This document shows positions 1-9,110 of a stretch of DNA of 32,000 nt, piece after piece (position 1 is the first letter of the stretch; each line of letters begins with the position of its first letter). Below the pieces are notes generated by a model, which had not been told where the DNA came from, ran no database searches, and saw only the letters and a program-made list of their open reading frames with translations. The translations under genes and the position numbers were made by a program. The stretch lies in NCBI RefSeq assembly GCF_059730245.1, contig NZ_AP029605.1; one strand, 5' to 3'.

Positions 1-257
1 GGAGAGCATCATTTATTATAACTTATATATCGAGAAGAAAAGAAAAAATTTCATTTCGTGTCAGATATGTTAGTTATGGTAATTTGCATTATAAGCGCCT
101 TGAGATTTTCATTTATGATGTTAACCTTGAGGCGGTTCCGATAGAAAGTCCTGGATCAACCGGACCAAAAAGAAAAACCTACCGAGTTGGTAATGGTATT
201 GTGGGACAGTCTAATATCTGGAACGAAATGATCTTGAGGCGGAAAAAGGAGAGTTAG
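1..257 (+). CDS. grlA: GrlA (global regulator of LEE, activator), 3' partial; reading frame begins at nt 3
   Basis: Hand translation of frame +3 gives RASFIITYISRRKEKISFRVRYVSYGNLHYKRLEIFIYDVNLE...NIWNEMILRRKKES, then TAG at 255-257. This matches the remembered GrlA C-terminus and the expected position convergent with cesD. It is absent from the ORF track because there is no start codon in the window. Confidence 0.8.
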   Translation, partial: RASFIITYISRRKEKISFRVRYVSYGNLHYKRLEIFIYDVNLEAVPIESPGSTGPKRKTYRVGNGIVGQSNIWNEMILRRKKES

Positions 258-590
258 ACGTAATTTTTTGAGTATATTTTATAGAAGAATAAAAATAAAG
301 CTATATTTAAGGGTTTTGTTTTCCAGGGTAAGCCTTTTTCTCGGCTAAAGTTTGAAGGTCATTTCCTGACAAATATACTCTGAGCTATAGATGATTGGAA
401 AGATCAGATTTCTAATGCTAAGTTAAGATATACAGATTGTTTCATAAACGGAAATGATATTAAATACAGCAGAAGATAGTTCAGGGCATAAAATCCTGGT
501 TAATGGAATAACCCCACACCTGTAGATAAATCTACCAGTGGTCGGTGCTCAACTTTGGGAGCACTTCACTATAGCAGCTTTATTATTTCC

Positions 591-620
591 GATAGAAAAT
601 CCCCAGTCAGCCTGGGGATT
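591..620 (-). terminator. Putative intrinsic terminator of the LEE2 operon (downstream of cesD)
   Basis: 9-bp stem aatccccag (598-606) / ctggggatt (612-620) with a 5-nt loop. On the minus strand the hairpin runs into UUUUCUAU. It lies about 20 nt past the cesD stop codon. Confidence 0.55.
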
Positions 621-640
621 GGTATAGCTGATGGTAGTTT

Positions 641-1096
641 TTACTCTGTATTACCTAACAATTTTTTAATATTTTCTTTATATGTAGTGTATTTTTCTTT
701 TTCATTACACCACATTAAACAAGCCTTAAAGGCTTTCTTGGCCATTTTCTTATTTCCGACGAGTAAGTAGCTAATTCCAGAATAATAAGATGCCCTGGGA
801 TCTTGCATAACTAAAGTTGCACAGCGTGCGAAACACAGTTGTGCATCTTCATGATTTGATAAACGCTGATGGCATAAGCCCAGAGATAAGGTGTAGTCAT
901 AATTCCAGTGTTCCAGATATGTGAGCAAATGGAATAGATTTCTTGCGGTTATTACATCACCAGATTGATATGCTGTATAGGCATAAGAATGAAGGTCATT
1001 GAGATCTTGTTGTGTCAGATTTGTTAATGACGCTAATGTGCCACCATCCTGGTAGAAATCATAAATATCCTCTAGAGAGCTAAATTTCCTGCTCAT
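641..1096 (-). CDS. cesD: CesD, TPR-type class II T3SS chaperone for translocators EspD/EspB
   Basis: 151 aa (MSRKFSSLEDIYDFYQDGGTLASL...), recognised as CesD. It is the last gene of LEE2, directly after escC. Confidence 0.92.
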   Translation of the reverse strand: MSRKFSSLEDIYDFYQDGGTLASLTNLTQQDLNDLHSYAYTAYQSGDVITARNLFHLLTYLEHWNYDYTLSLGLCHQRLSNHEDAQLCFARCATLVMQDPRASYYSGISYLLVGNKKMAKKAFKACLMWCNEKEKYTTYKENIKKLLGNTE

Positions 1097-1109
1097 AAAG
1101 CCTCATTTA

Positions 1110-2648
1110 TTATTCGCTAGATGCAGATTTTATCGGGGTTGCTTTAATTAAAAAGAGTCGAACAACACTATGTTTTTGTTTTACCGTACTGGAGAATAAA
1201 CTACCAATAACAGGAATGTCGCTTAACAGCGGTATACCATCTTTACTTGAACTTTCTTTATCTTGGATAAATCCGCCAAGTAATAAACTTTCTCCTGCAC
1301 TTAATGTCGCTTCTGTTGTCATTTCTGAATTTTGTACTTCAGGTAAGGTGCTGCTGGCATCCTGAGCATTGCTTTGGTTAGTCGATTGATTGCCATCCTG
1401 AATATCAAGTAACAAACGAACTCGTTCCCGACGTTTTCCGGTAAGACTATTCGAGCTGTCATCAAGTATACGTGGTGTCACTCTCAGCAATGTTCCGCTT
1501 GTAATACTTTCCAGAGACGCCACCTTTTCTCCGGAGACTTTTGTATAAAACGTTACGTTTTTATCAAGAATCGCCTGCATATTATTTAAGGTTATAATTG
1601 ACGGCTGAGAGAGTATTTTAGCTTTCGAGTTCTGTTGTAACGCATTCACCCTAATCATAAAATTACTGGCATTACTTATCACAGAAGAGCTGATATTAGC
1701 CTGTGCGGTAGAGCTATTAAAGGCAATCGTACCTTGTCCTGCATTTAACGTACCGGACCAGTTTACGCCGAGCTGCTGAAGATCGTTTGCATCAACATCA
1801 ATAATTGAGACAGAAATTTCAATTTGCCTTTGTTCAATATCAAGCTCAGAAATTAATTGCTGATAGATATCCATCGTTATTTCGCGGTCTTTTACAACAA
1901 CTGCATTAAGACGTGGATCAGCGGAAATCGTTACACTGTTATCAAACAGGTTACCGCTTCGCTCGACGGCACCTTTACCGGTACTGGGAAGCGAACCATT
2001 ACTTGCCATTGTCTTCAGAATGGAGACAACACCTGGGACGACAACATTTTGGTCACGGTATTTGTATGTTATATCTGTCGCTGACGCATAGTTCAGTTTA
2101 AAGACCTTAACAACATCTTTATTTTTGGCTTTAGACTGTGCCTCTTTATCAAGACTTTCTGATAAAGATGTAATATATTTTATACATTCAGGAACACCCC
2201 GAACTTCAATCGAGTTAAATGTCGTAATTTTTCTCACATTGCAAGAGTTTTTGTTTACTGAGATTGTATCACTCAGATATTTTAGCAGTGAGTCAATATC
2301 CAGATATGTTGGTGTAATTATACTTCTTGATATTTCATTTGTTTTATAAATATACAAGATGTTCTCATCATAATACCATGTGAGATGATAGAGTTTGGAC
2401 AGTTTTTCCAGTACTTTTACAGGTTTTTCATTTTTTATTTCGCCAGAGAAATCATCATTCACGGAACTACTGATGAAAACAGGAATGCTGTAGTTAGCAG
2501 CAAAGTCATTAAGGATTGCACGTACTGGAGAACTTTTAGTAATAATAAAATATTCGTTCTTGCCTAATCTTTTTTCCAGAGAGGACGGGGCAGCTTGTGC
2601 ACTGCAGCAAAATAGTGCTGTAAAAATAAAAAAACTTATTTTTTTCAT
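1110..2648 (-). CDS. escC: EscC, T3SS outer-membrane secretin
   Basis: 512 aa with a signal peptide (MKKISFFIFTALFCCSAQA) and a secretin C-domain (ILSQPSIITLNNMQA...GIPLLSDIPVIGSLF). Canonical size and position. Confidence 0.95.
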   Translation of the reverse strand: MKKISFFIFTALFCCSAQAAPSSLEKRLGKNEYFIITKSSPVRAILNDFAANYSIPVFISSSVNDDFSGEIKNEKPVKVLEKLSKLYHLTWYYDENILYIYKTNEISRSIITPTYLDIDSLLKYLSDTISVNKNSCNVRKITTFNSIEVRGVPECIKYITSLSESLDKEAQSKAKNKDVVKVFKLNYASATDITYKYRDQNVVVPGVVSILKTMASNGSLPSTGKGAVERSGNLFDNSVTISADPRLNAVVVKDREITMDIYQQLISELDIEQRQIEISVSIIDVDANDLQQLGVNWSGTLNAGQGTIAFNSSTAQANISSSVISNASNFMIRVNALQQNSKAKILSQPSIITLNNMQAILDKNVTFYTKVSGEKVASLESITSGTLLRVTPRILDDSSNSLTGKRRERVRLLLDIQDGNQSTNQSNAQDASSTLPEVQNSEMTTEATLSAGESLLLGGFIQDKESSSKDGIPLLSDIPVIGSLFSSTVKQKHSVVRLFLIKATPIKSASSE

Positions 2649-3103
2649 TACACAATTCGTCCTATATCAGAAAACAAGTGTGTTGGCGGCATCATTGTAT
2701 CTGATGAAGATGATTGCTCTAGTTTATCAAATTGCTTGTCGAGCAACGAGGCGAGAGTATGTTGCATTATTGCTTTTGACATGTTTGCGCGATGATTATT
2801 ATCTTTATGAAAAATTTGGCAAAGATACCACTTCTTATTAGACAGGAAAATACCCATTTGTTTATATTCTTTACTAACGGCCAGGATATTGCAGAGTCTG
2901 ATAAATGTATCTGTTGGAATCTGACGAAAATCACCACTAAGCTCGATATATAGAACCCAGTAGTTTCCAAAATCGTGCAAGAAAGCATTTTTTTGGTAGA
3001 TATAAAAAGTGAGATGCGTTGGTGAACCGTTGACATCCTTTACAAAATCAAGGGCCGTTAGCCAGTCACAATCATTCTTTGCTATGCCATTATTATTGTT
3101 CAT
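2648..3103 (-). CDS. sepD: SepD, T3SS secretion-hierarchy switch protein (partner of SepL)
   Basis: 151 aa in the canonical position between escJ and escC. Its stop overlaps the escC start by 1 nt (TAATG), consistent with translational coupling. Confidence 0.9.
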   Translation of the reverse strand: MNNNNGIAKNDCDWLTALDFVKDVNGSPTHLTFYIYQKNAFLHDFGNYWVLYIELSGDFRQIPTDTFIRLCNILAVSKEYKQMGIFLSNKKWYLCQIFHKDNNHRANMSKAIMQHTLASLLDKQFDKLEQSSSSDTMMPPTHLFSDIGRIV

Positions 3104-3108
3104 ACATA

Positions 3109-3681
3109 TTACCCGTCCTGTCCTGAGGATGACTTGATAACAACACTAATATTTTCTAATTTGAGATCGTCGACACTATTCTTAACCAGGTTTTTTATCT
3201 GAATGACCGATGGTGCTAAGTTAACCTCTGGCGAGCTGATGACTAAAACGGCTGCTGAGGATGGTTGACTTTCGTTATTGTTAACATTTAATGAAACGCT
3301 GCAATCGATAACACCGGGTATTTTACTTAGCAACCTTTCGATGTCTTGTTCTTTGAGATAGTTGATTTTTGCATTTTCTTGTGATGGCGATGCCACTAAC
3401 TGGCTGGGTGGGAAAATAACCTCGATATCTGCAAATTTCTTTTTCGGGAAGCCGTTATTATTTAAAATCGTTATTGCGCGAACAAAATCCTCTTTTTCCA
3501 CACTGAGTGTCATATTTCCACTTTTGTCCATTTCTTTGGAAACATTGACATCATTGGATAGCAACAGTGCTTGCATCTGATTAGCTTCTTTTTCTGTTAA
3601 TCCTGTATACAATTGCTCTTTACATGCCACTGTCAAACAAATAGCAGCCAATAAAAAAAGGTTTTTAATGTGTTTTTTCAT
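3109..3681 (-). CDS. escJ: EscJ, T3SS inner-membrane ring lipoprotein (PrgK/YscJ family)
   Basis: 190 aa with a lipoprotein signal ending LTVAC and a YscJ-like sequence (LYTGLTEKEANQMQALLLSNDV). Confidence 0.95.
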   Translation of the reverse strand: MKKHIKNLFLLAAICLTVACKEQLYTGLTEKEANQMQALLLSNDVNVSKEMDKSGNMTLSVEKEDFVRAITILNNNGFPKKKFADIEVIFPPSQLVASPSQENAKINYLKEQDIERLLSKIPGVIDCSVSLNVNNNESQPSSAAVLVISSPEVNLAPSVIQIKNLVKNSVDDLKLENISVVIKSSSGQDG

Positions 3682-3683
3682 TT

Positions 3684-4112
3684 TTATTGCATCGAAACTA
3701 ATTTTGTAACCGATGTTGAAAGGAGGCTTGCTAACTTAGATACGACATCAACATTGACGTTTGCGTTGAGCACATTCTTTTGTAAAGTGAGTACATCTTC
3801 GGGCGAGAGCCCACCTGCAGATAGTGCATCGAAACTGAGATCGGTGTTCATTGTTGCAAGATGTCGCTTTTTAATTTCTTCAATCAACACTTGTTCTGGG
3901 GAAGACACTCCCGCTGTTTTAGGGAGTAATTGATCAAGAAACTGAGCCGCTCCGGCTGCAGAGGGGGTTGATGCTAACGGGATATGCTCATCAACGACAT
4001 TTGTTTGGGATGCTTTATTTAACTGAATATTAATGTTTTCCGATTGATTAATATTATTCATATTTACTGTTAGTCTCTTTTCATGAGAGAGGCAATAGCA
4101 TAATGCATCCAT
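3684..4112 (-). CDS. escI: EscI (rOrf8), T3SS inner rod protein
   Basis: 142 aa in the canonical slot between espZ and escJ. An alternative internal start (MNNINQSE...) exists, but the 142-aa length matches the remembered EscI. Confidence 0.85.
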   Translation of the reverse strand: MDALCYCLSHEKRLTVNMNNINQSENINIQLNKASQTNVVDEHIPLASTPSAAGAAQFLDQLLPKTAGVSSPEQVLIEEIKKRHLATMNTDLSFDALSAGGLSPEDVLTLQKNVLNANVNVDVVSKLASLLSTSVTKLVSMQ

Positions 4113-4141
4113 TACCTCTCTATTTTTATGCGATGCGATGA

Positions 4142-4435
4142 TTAGGCATATTTCATCGCTAATCCGCCGGCAACAGTAGTTACGCCACCTAATACACCGG
4201 CTGCGATTCCTAAGCCTAATCTTTGAGGGTCGTCAACACACATTGCTGCGATACCAGTACCGATAGCGGCTAGAACACCTGCACCTATTAAAACTCCACC
4301 CAGGATTCTAACGCTGCGACTTGTTCCACCTTCTGACTGCATCACCCCTGTCTTCTCATCCACTGGATTATTTCCATTGATTGTGGCTGCCAGTGGTAAT
4401 ACTGCACCAGAAGGGCTTAAATTTGCTGCTTCCAT
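4142..4435 (-). CDS. espZ: EspZ (SepZ), translocated effector with two predicted TM segments
   Basis: 97 aa with Gly/Ala-rich hydrophobic stretches (ILGGVLIGAGVLAAIGTGIAAM, GIAAGVLGGVTTVAGGLAM). It is the first gene of LEE2, divergent from LEE3. Confidence 0.88.
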   Translation of the reverse strand: MEAANLSPSGAVLPLAATINGNNPVDEKTGVMQSEGGTSRSVRILGGVLIGAGVLAAIGTGIAAMCVDDPQRLGLGIAAGVLGGVTTVAGGLAMKYA

Positions 4436-4619
4436 TGATCTTTCTCCTTTTGTCTAATTTAGACATTTACCTGGTTATAAATAACCAAATTATCCCATAG
4501 GCAACTATTATATTATTTAAATAGTTGCAATGTACATAAAGTACATATACTGTATATATTATCCAATACGCTTTTTCAAGCAATAATATTCACACGTATA
4601 CTTACTTCAGAGCCTGCAG
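4436..4619. promoter_or_regulatory. Divergent LEE2/LEE3 promoter and regulatory region (Ler/H-NS target by established knowledge)
   Basis: 184-bp very AT-rich spacer between divergent espZ and cesL. It contains inverted repeats gcaactatt (4501-4509) / aatagttgc (4520-4528) and ggttat-aa-ataacc (4473-4486). Individual -10/-35 elements were not assigned. Confidence 0.6.
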
Positions 4620-4973
4620 ATGAATCTTTTAGTTAAAAGAAATGTTGAAGAGTTTTTAAAATTGTTGGGAAGTGATTTTTATTTATTTGATAACCGTGTT
4701 GAAATTGATTTTAATGGGTTTTCTTTTTTTATTGAAATAATTGATAATAATGTTTTTGTTACGTTTGCTTTAGAGTATAACGAAAACGCATTTTTCTCTT
4801 TCTTTAGTGCCCTTGCTCCTGAGCGTACGCAGGGAGTGATTGAACATATTTTTGTCTACGATAATAAATTGTGCTTAAGTTGTTTGTTAACCAATATCGA
4901 TGTTTTTTTTCTAATGAATACTTTTCAACAGCATGTGCAGATTATTGAGCGCGTTCGCAGGATGACATCATGA
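4620..4973 (+). CDS. cesL: CesL (Orf12), SepL-binding chaperone-like protein
   Basis: 117 aa, first gene of LEE3. Its stop overlaps the escV start (ATGA). Confidence 0.8.
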   Translation: MNLLVKRNVEEFLKLLGSDFYLFDNRVEIDFNGFSFFIEIIDNNVFVTFALEYNENAFFSFFSALAPERTQGVIEHIFVYDNKLCLSCLLTNIDVFFLMNTFQQHVQIIERVRRMTS

Positions 4974-6997
4974 ATAAACTCTTAAATATATTTAAAAAAG
5001 CAGAGTCATATCACGATCTTATTCTGGCTCTCTTCTTCTTTATGGCTGTAATGATGATGATTATTCCACTACCAACAGTTGTGGTGGATATCATTATCGC
5101 GATTAATATTTCGACAGCTTTACTTTTATTAATGCTCTCAATCTATATAAAAAATCCTCTTGAACTAACTTCTTTCCCCACAATCCTGTTGATTACGACG
5201 TTGATGCGCCTGTCGCTCAGTGTTAGTACAACCAGACTTATTCTGCTGCATCACGATGCGGGTGACATTATTTACTCCTTCGGTAACTTTGTTGTTGGCG
5301 GTAATATTGTTGTTGGCCTGGTTATTTTTACTATTATCACCATTGTTCAATTTATGGTTATTACAAAAGGGGCCGAGCGTGTTGCTGAAGTGAGTGCTCG
5401 TTTTTCCCTTGATGGTATGCCAGGAAAGCAAATGAGTATTGATGGTGATATGCGCGCAGGCGTTATTGACCCGCTTGAGGCAAAAGTTCTTCGCTCCCGA
5501 GTGCAAAAGGAAAGCCAGTTTTATGGTTCAATGGACGGGGCGATGAAGTTTGTAAAAGGGGACGCTATTGCTGGTATCATTATTGTTTTAGTTAACCTTT
5601 TTGGTGGCGTGCTCATTGGTATGTGGCAATTTGACATGCCATTTAGTGAGGCACTTAGCCTGTTTTCTGTATTGTCTGTCGGTGATGCTTTGGTTGCCCA
5701 GATCCCTGCGCTTATTATTTCTGTCACCGCGGGCGTGGTTGTTACTCGTGTGCCCGGTGAAAGCGAAAAAGAAGAAAACCTTGCAGGTGATATTGTTCAA
5801 CAGGTTTCTGTTAATAGTCGCCCTTTTTTAATCAGTGCCGCACTAATGCTCGTAATGGCGATTATTCCGGGCTTTCCTACATTGGTCTTCTTATTTCTGG
5901 CGGTTTGCCTGTTGGGGATAGCCTGGAAATTACAGAAGAAAAGAACATTTGGAACTGGCAATAATAAGGATGCTATGGGAGCTGATTTGTCTAATAGCCA
6001 AAACATCTCACCGGGCGCTGAGCCATTGATTTTAAACTTAAGTAGTAATATTTATAGTTCAGACATTACACAGCAAATTGAGGTCATGCGTTGGAATTTC
6101 TTTGAGGAAAGTGGAATTCCATTGCCTAAGATTATTGTTAATCCGGTTAAAAATAATGATAGCGCAATAGAATTTTTGCTCTATCAAGAGTCAATATACA
6201 AGGATACTCTTATAGATGATACTGTCTATTTTGAGGCTGGGCATGCAGAGATATCATTCGAATTTGTCCAGGAAAAGCTTTCGACTAACTCTATCGTATA
6301 TAAGACGAATAAGACTAATCAACAGCTCGCTCACCTTACAGGTATGGATGTTTATGCAACAACAAATGATAAGATAACGTTTTTGCTAAAGAAACTTGTA
6401 TTGTCTAATGCCAAAGAGTTCATCGGCGTACAAGAAACGCGTTATTTGATGGACATCATGGAGAGAAAATATAACGAGCTTGTGAAAGAGCTGCAGCGCC
6501 AGCTTGGTTTGAGCAAAATTGTTGACATCCTACAACGTCTCGTAGAGGAAAATGTCTCAATTAGAGACCTGAGAACTATCTTTGAGACGCTTATTTTTTG
6601 GTCAGCAAAAGAAAAGGATGTGGTTATCTTGTGCGAATACGTTCGTATCGCCCTGCGTCGGCATATTTTAGGTCGCTATAGCGTTAGCGGTACACTTCTG
6701 AACGTTTGGCTTATTGGCTCTGATATTGAAAATGAGCTACGAGAGTCGATCAGACAAACGTCATCAGGTTCGTATCTGAATATCTCACCGGAGCGAACTG
6801 AGCAGATAATTGGCTTCTTAAAAAATATCATGAATCCAACGGGGAACGGCGTCATTCTGACCGCTTTAGATATCAGGCGCTATGTGAAGAAAATGATTGA
6901 AGGTTCGTTCCCGTCAGTCCCCGTGCTCTCTTTTCAGGAGGTTGGGAATAATATCGAACTTAAAGTATTAGGAACGGTAAATGATTTCAGAGCATGA
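4970..6997 (+). CDS. escV: EscV, T3SS export-gate protein (FlhA/YscV/InvA family)
   Basis: 675 aa with an N-terminal polytopic membrane domain and conserved FlhA-family motifs (FSLDGMPGKQMSIDGD, GSMDGAMKFVKGDAIAG). Confidence 0.97.
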   Translation: MNKLLNIFKKAESYHDLILALFFFMAVMMMIIPLPTVVVDIIIAINISTALLLLMLSIYIKNPLELTSFPTILLITTLMRLSLSVSTTRLILLHHDAGDIIYSFGNFVVGGNIVVGLVIFTIITIVQFMVITKGAERVAEVSARFSLDGMPGKQMSIDGDMRAGVIDPLEAKVLRSRVQKESQFYGSMDGAMKFVKGDAIAGIIIVLVNLFGGVLIGMWQFDMPFSEALSLFSVLSVGDALVAQIPALIISVTAGVVVTRVPGESEKEENLAGDIVQQVSVNSRPFLISAALMLVMAIIPGFPTLVFLFLAVCLLGIAWKLQKKRTFGTGNNKDAMGADLSNSQNISPGAEPLILNLSSNIYSSDITQQIEVMRWNFFEESGIPLPKIIVNPVKNNDSAIEFLLYQESIYKDTLIDDTVYFEAGHAEISFEFVQEKLSTNSIVYKTNKTNQQLAHLTGMDVYATTNDKITFLLKKLVLSNAKEFIGVQETRYLMDIMERKYNELVKELQRQLGLSKIVDILQRLVEENVSIRDLRTIFETLIFWSAKEKDVVILCEYVRIALRRHILGRYSVSGTLLNVWLIGSDIENELRESIRQTSSGSYLNISPERTEQIIGFLKNIMNPTGNGVILTALDIRRYVKKMIEGSFPSVPVLSFQEVGNNIELKVLGTVNDFRA

Positions 6998-8321
6998 TTC
7001 TGTATTGGAAAAATACCCACGTATTCAGAAAGTGCTCAATAGCACTGTGCCGGCATTATCATTAAATTCGTCTACCAGATATGAAGGCAAGATTATCAAT
7101 ATCGGCGGGACGATTATTAAGGCGCGTTTACCAAAAGCGCGTATTGGCGCCTTTTACAAGATAGAACCCAGTCAACGTTTAGCCGAGGTGATCGCTATTG
7201 ATGAAGATGAGGTTTTCTTGTTGCCTTTTGAGCATGTTTCCGGCATGTACTGTGGTCAGTGGTTAAGTTATCAGGGGGATGAGTTCAAGATTCGTGTTGG
7301 AGACGCACTACTTGGGCGGCTTGTTGATGGCATAGGCAGACCAATGGAGAGTAATATTGTTGCCCCCTATCTTCCGTTTGAACGCAGCTTGTATGCTGAA
7401 CCACCAGATCCTTTATTAAGGCAGGTTATTGATCAGCCATTTATACTTGGCGTCAGGGCAATTGATGGGCTACTAACTTGCGGTATTGGGCAGCGTATCG
7501 GTATTTTTGCTGGTTCAGGCGTTGGTAAAAGTACGCTTTTGGGGATGATTTGTAATGGCGCATCCGCAGATATTATTGTCCTTGCTCTTATCGGCGAACG
7601 TGGTCGCGAAGTAAATGAATTCCTCGCGCTTTTACCTCAATCCACGCTTTCTAAATGTGTGCTGGTCGTCACAACGTCAGACCGCCCCGCGCTGGAAAGG
7701 ATGAAAGCCGCATTTACGGCGACGACTATTGCAGAGTACTTCCGCGATCAAGGTAAAAATGTATTATTAATGATGGATTCTGTAACTCGTTATGCCCGAG
7801 CCGCGCGTGATGTTGGGCTTGCATCGGGAGAGCCTGATGTAAGGGGGGGATTCCCTCCGAGTGTTTTTTCTTCGTTACCCAAATTATTAGAGCGAGCGGG
7901 GCCTGCGCCAAAAGGTTCAATAACCGCGATTTATACGGTGTTGTTAGAAAGCGATAATGTTAATGATCCTATTGGCGATGAAGTCCGCTCTATTCTTGAT
8001 GGGCACATCGTACTTACCCGAGAACTTGCAGAGGAAAACCATTTCCCTGCAATTGATATTGGTTTAAGTGCCAGTCGTGTTATGCATAACGTTGTTACAT
8101 CGGAGCATTTGCGTGCGGCGGCAGAATGCAAAAAGCTTATTGCAACTTATAAAAATGTTGAGCTGCTTATTCGTATTGGTGAGTACACGATGGGGCAAGA
8201 TCCTGAAGCAGATAAGGCAATAAAAAATAGGAAATTAATTCAGAACTTTATACAACAAAGCACCAAAGATATCAGTAGTTACGAAAAAACGATTGAAAGC
8301 CTATTCAAAGTGGTTGCCTGA
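6981..8321 (+). CDS. escN: EscN, T3SS ATPase
   Basis: 446 aa with Walker A (GSGVGKST) and a Walker B region (VLLMMDSVTRYA). It overlaps the escV 3' end by 17 nt. Confidence 0.97.
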   Translation: MISEHDSVLEKYPRIQKVLNSTVPALSLNSSTRYEGKIINIGGTIIKARLPKARIGAFYKIEPSQRLAEVIAIDEDEVFLLPFEHVSGMYCGQWLSYQGDEFKIRVGDALLGRLVDGIGRPMESNIVAPYLPFERSLYAEPPDPLLRQVIDQPFILGVRAIDGLLTCGIGQRIGIFAGSGVGKSTLLGMICNGASADIIVLALIGERGREVNEFLALLPQSTLSKCVLVVTTSDRPALERMKAAFTATTIAEYFRDQGKNVLLMMDSVTRYARAARDVGLASGEPDVRGGFPPSVFSSLPKLLERAGPAPKGSITAIYTVLLESDNVNDPIGDEVRSILDGHIVLTRELAEENHFPAIDIGLSASRVMHNVVTSEHLRAAAECKKLIATYKNVELLIRIGEYTMGQDPEADKAIKNRKLIQNFIQQSTKDISSYEKTIESLFKVVA

Positions 8322-8323
8322 GT

Positions 8324-8701
8324 ATGTTGGACAGAATTTTATCTATTCGTAAAAGCAGAGCGAACCGATTGAGAGAATCAATGGCTAAGATTAACTCTCA
8401 GATAAAAGAGGTGGATGGTAAACTCGATGACTGCGAGCAATCCATTAGAGAGTCGATTGCCTCTAAGCAGGCGTATTGTGCATCGCTGGTGAATTTGGAT
8501 AAAGTGTCGTTGTATAAATATCAGATTAAAAACAATGCATTTGATGAGCAAAAGCAGCGATTGTATGAGAAAAAATCTTCACTTTCGAAGGAAAAGCGTT
8601 CATTGCTAGATTCACAAAAACGAACAAAAGAGAATCTGCAACATGTTAATAAATCAGTAGAAAAATTATCTTTTGCCATAAAGGAACATTACTTTGACTA
8701 G
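8324..8701 (+). CDS. escO: EscO (Orf15), T3SS stalk protein (YscO/FliJ analogue)
   Basis: 125 aa, Lys/Glu-rich with predicted coiled coil, immediately after escN. Confidence 0.82.
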   Translation: MLDRILSIRKSRANRLRESMAKINSQIKEVDGKLDDCEQSIRESIASKQAYCASLVNLDKVSLYKYQIKNNAFDEQKQRLYEKKSSLSKEKRSLLDSQKRTKENLQHVNKSVEKLSFAIKEHYFD

Positions 8702-9110
8702 AGTTTCTCTAAAAAGAAATTTGATAGAGCCTGTTTCTTTTCGGCCATCAGATGATTGGCCGCAAGGAGAAGAAAGTTTTAATGATATTTTTTATCATAT
8801 AAAAAAAAGATCGCCTGATACGTTGTTCATACGAATGGCTTCTTTATGGAAGAGATTGTTTTACTCCTCGGGCCGAAGACGACGCTACTTTGAAGAAGGG
8901 GAGCACTCGTTTAGTATTCTTTGTGGAAGATTACGAGGAATTGTTTTAACAATTAAATGTAGTAACGGAATCGTTTATCTGTCTATTAAAATAAGCCCAA
9001 ATAATAGAAATCATGTTTTTTTATATCATAAAAAAGACTATGTTTTCGATAAGTTAAAAGAAATCTTTCCTGATGAAGCCATTGAGTTCACAATTGAATA
9101 TGAAAATTAA
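8694..9110 (+). CDS. escP: EscP (Orf16), needle-length / substrate-switch regulator
   Basis: 138 aa in the canonical slot. It apparently starts at TTG 8694, overlapping the escO stop. Confidence 0.78.
   Translation: MTRVSLKRNLIEPVSFRPSDDWPQGEESFNDIFYHIKKRSPDTLFIRMASLWKRLFYSSGRRRRYFEEGEHSFSILCGRLRGIVLTIKCSNGIVYLSIKISPNNRNHVFLYHKKDYVFDKLKEIFPDEAIEFTIEYEN

Noticed and set aside
598-620. An ERIC-like element, because cctggggatt resembles part of the ERIC core
   Set aside because: Only about 10 nt resemble the ERIC consensus as I remember it, and the flanking ~100 bp do not. The hairpin is better explained as the LEE2 terminator.
555-770. 71-aa plus-strand ORF spanning the grlA-cesD gap and the cesD 3' end
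   Set aside because: It is antisense to cesD for half its length, has low-complexity AT-driven codons and no RBS. It is most likely spurious.
1857-2567. Plus-strand ORFs within escC. Comparable embedded ORFs occur in escV (5165..6006), escN (7726..8131), tir (12404..13797), yicJ (25828..26759) and yicI (27507..29371).
   Set aside because: All are nested in strongly supported longer genes on the other strand or frame, with no independent support.
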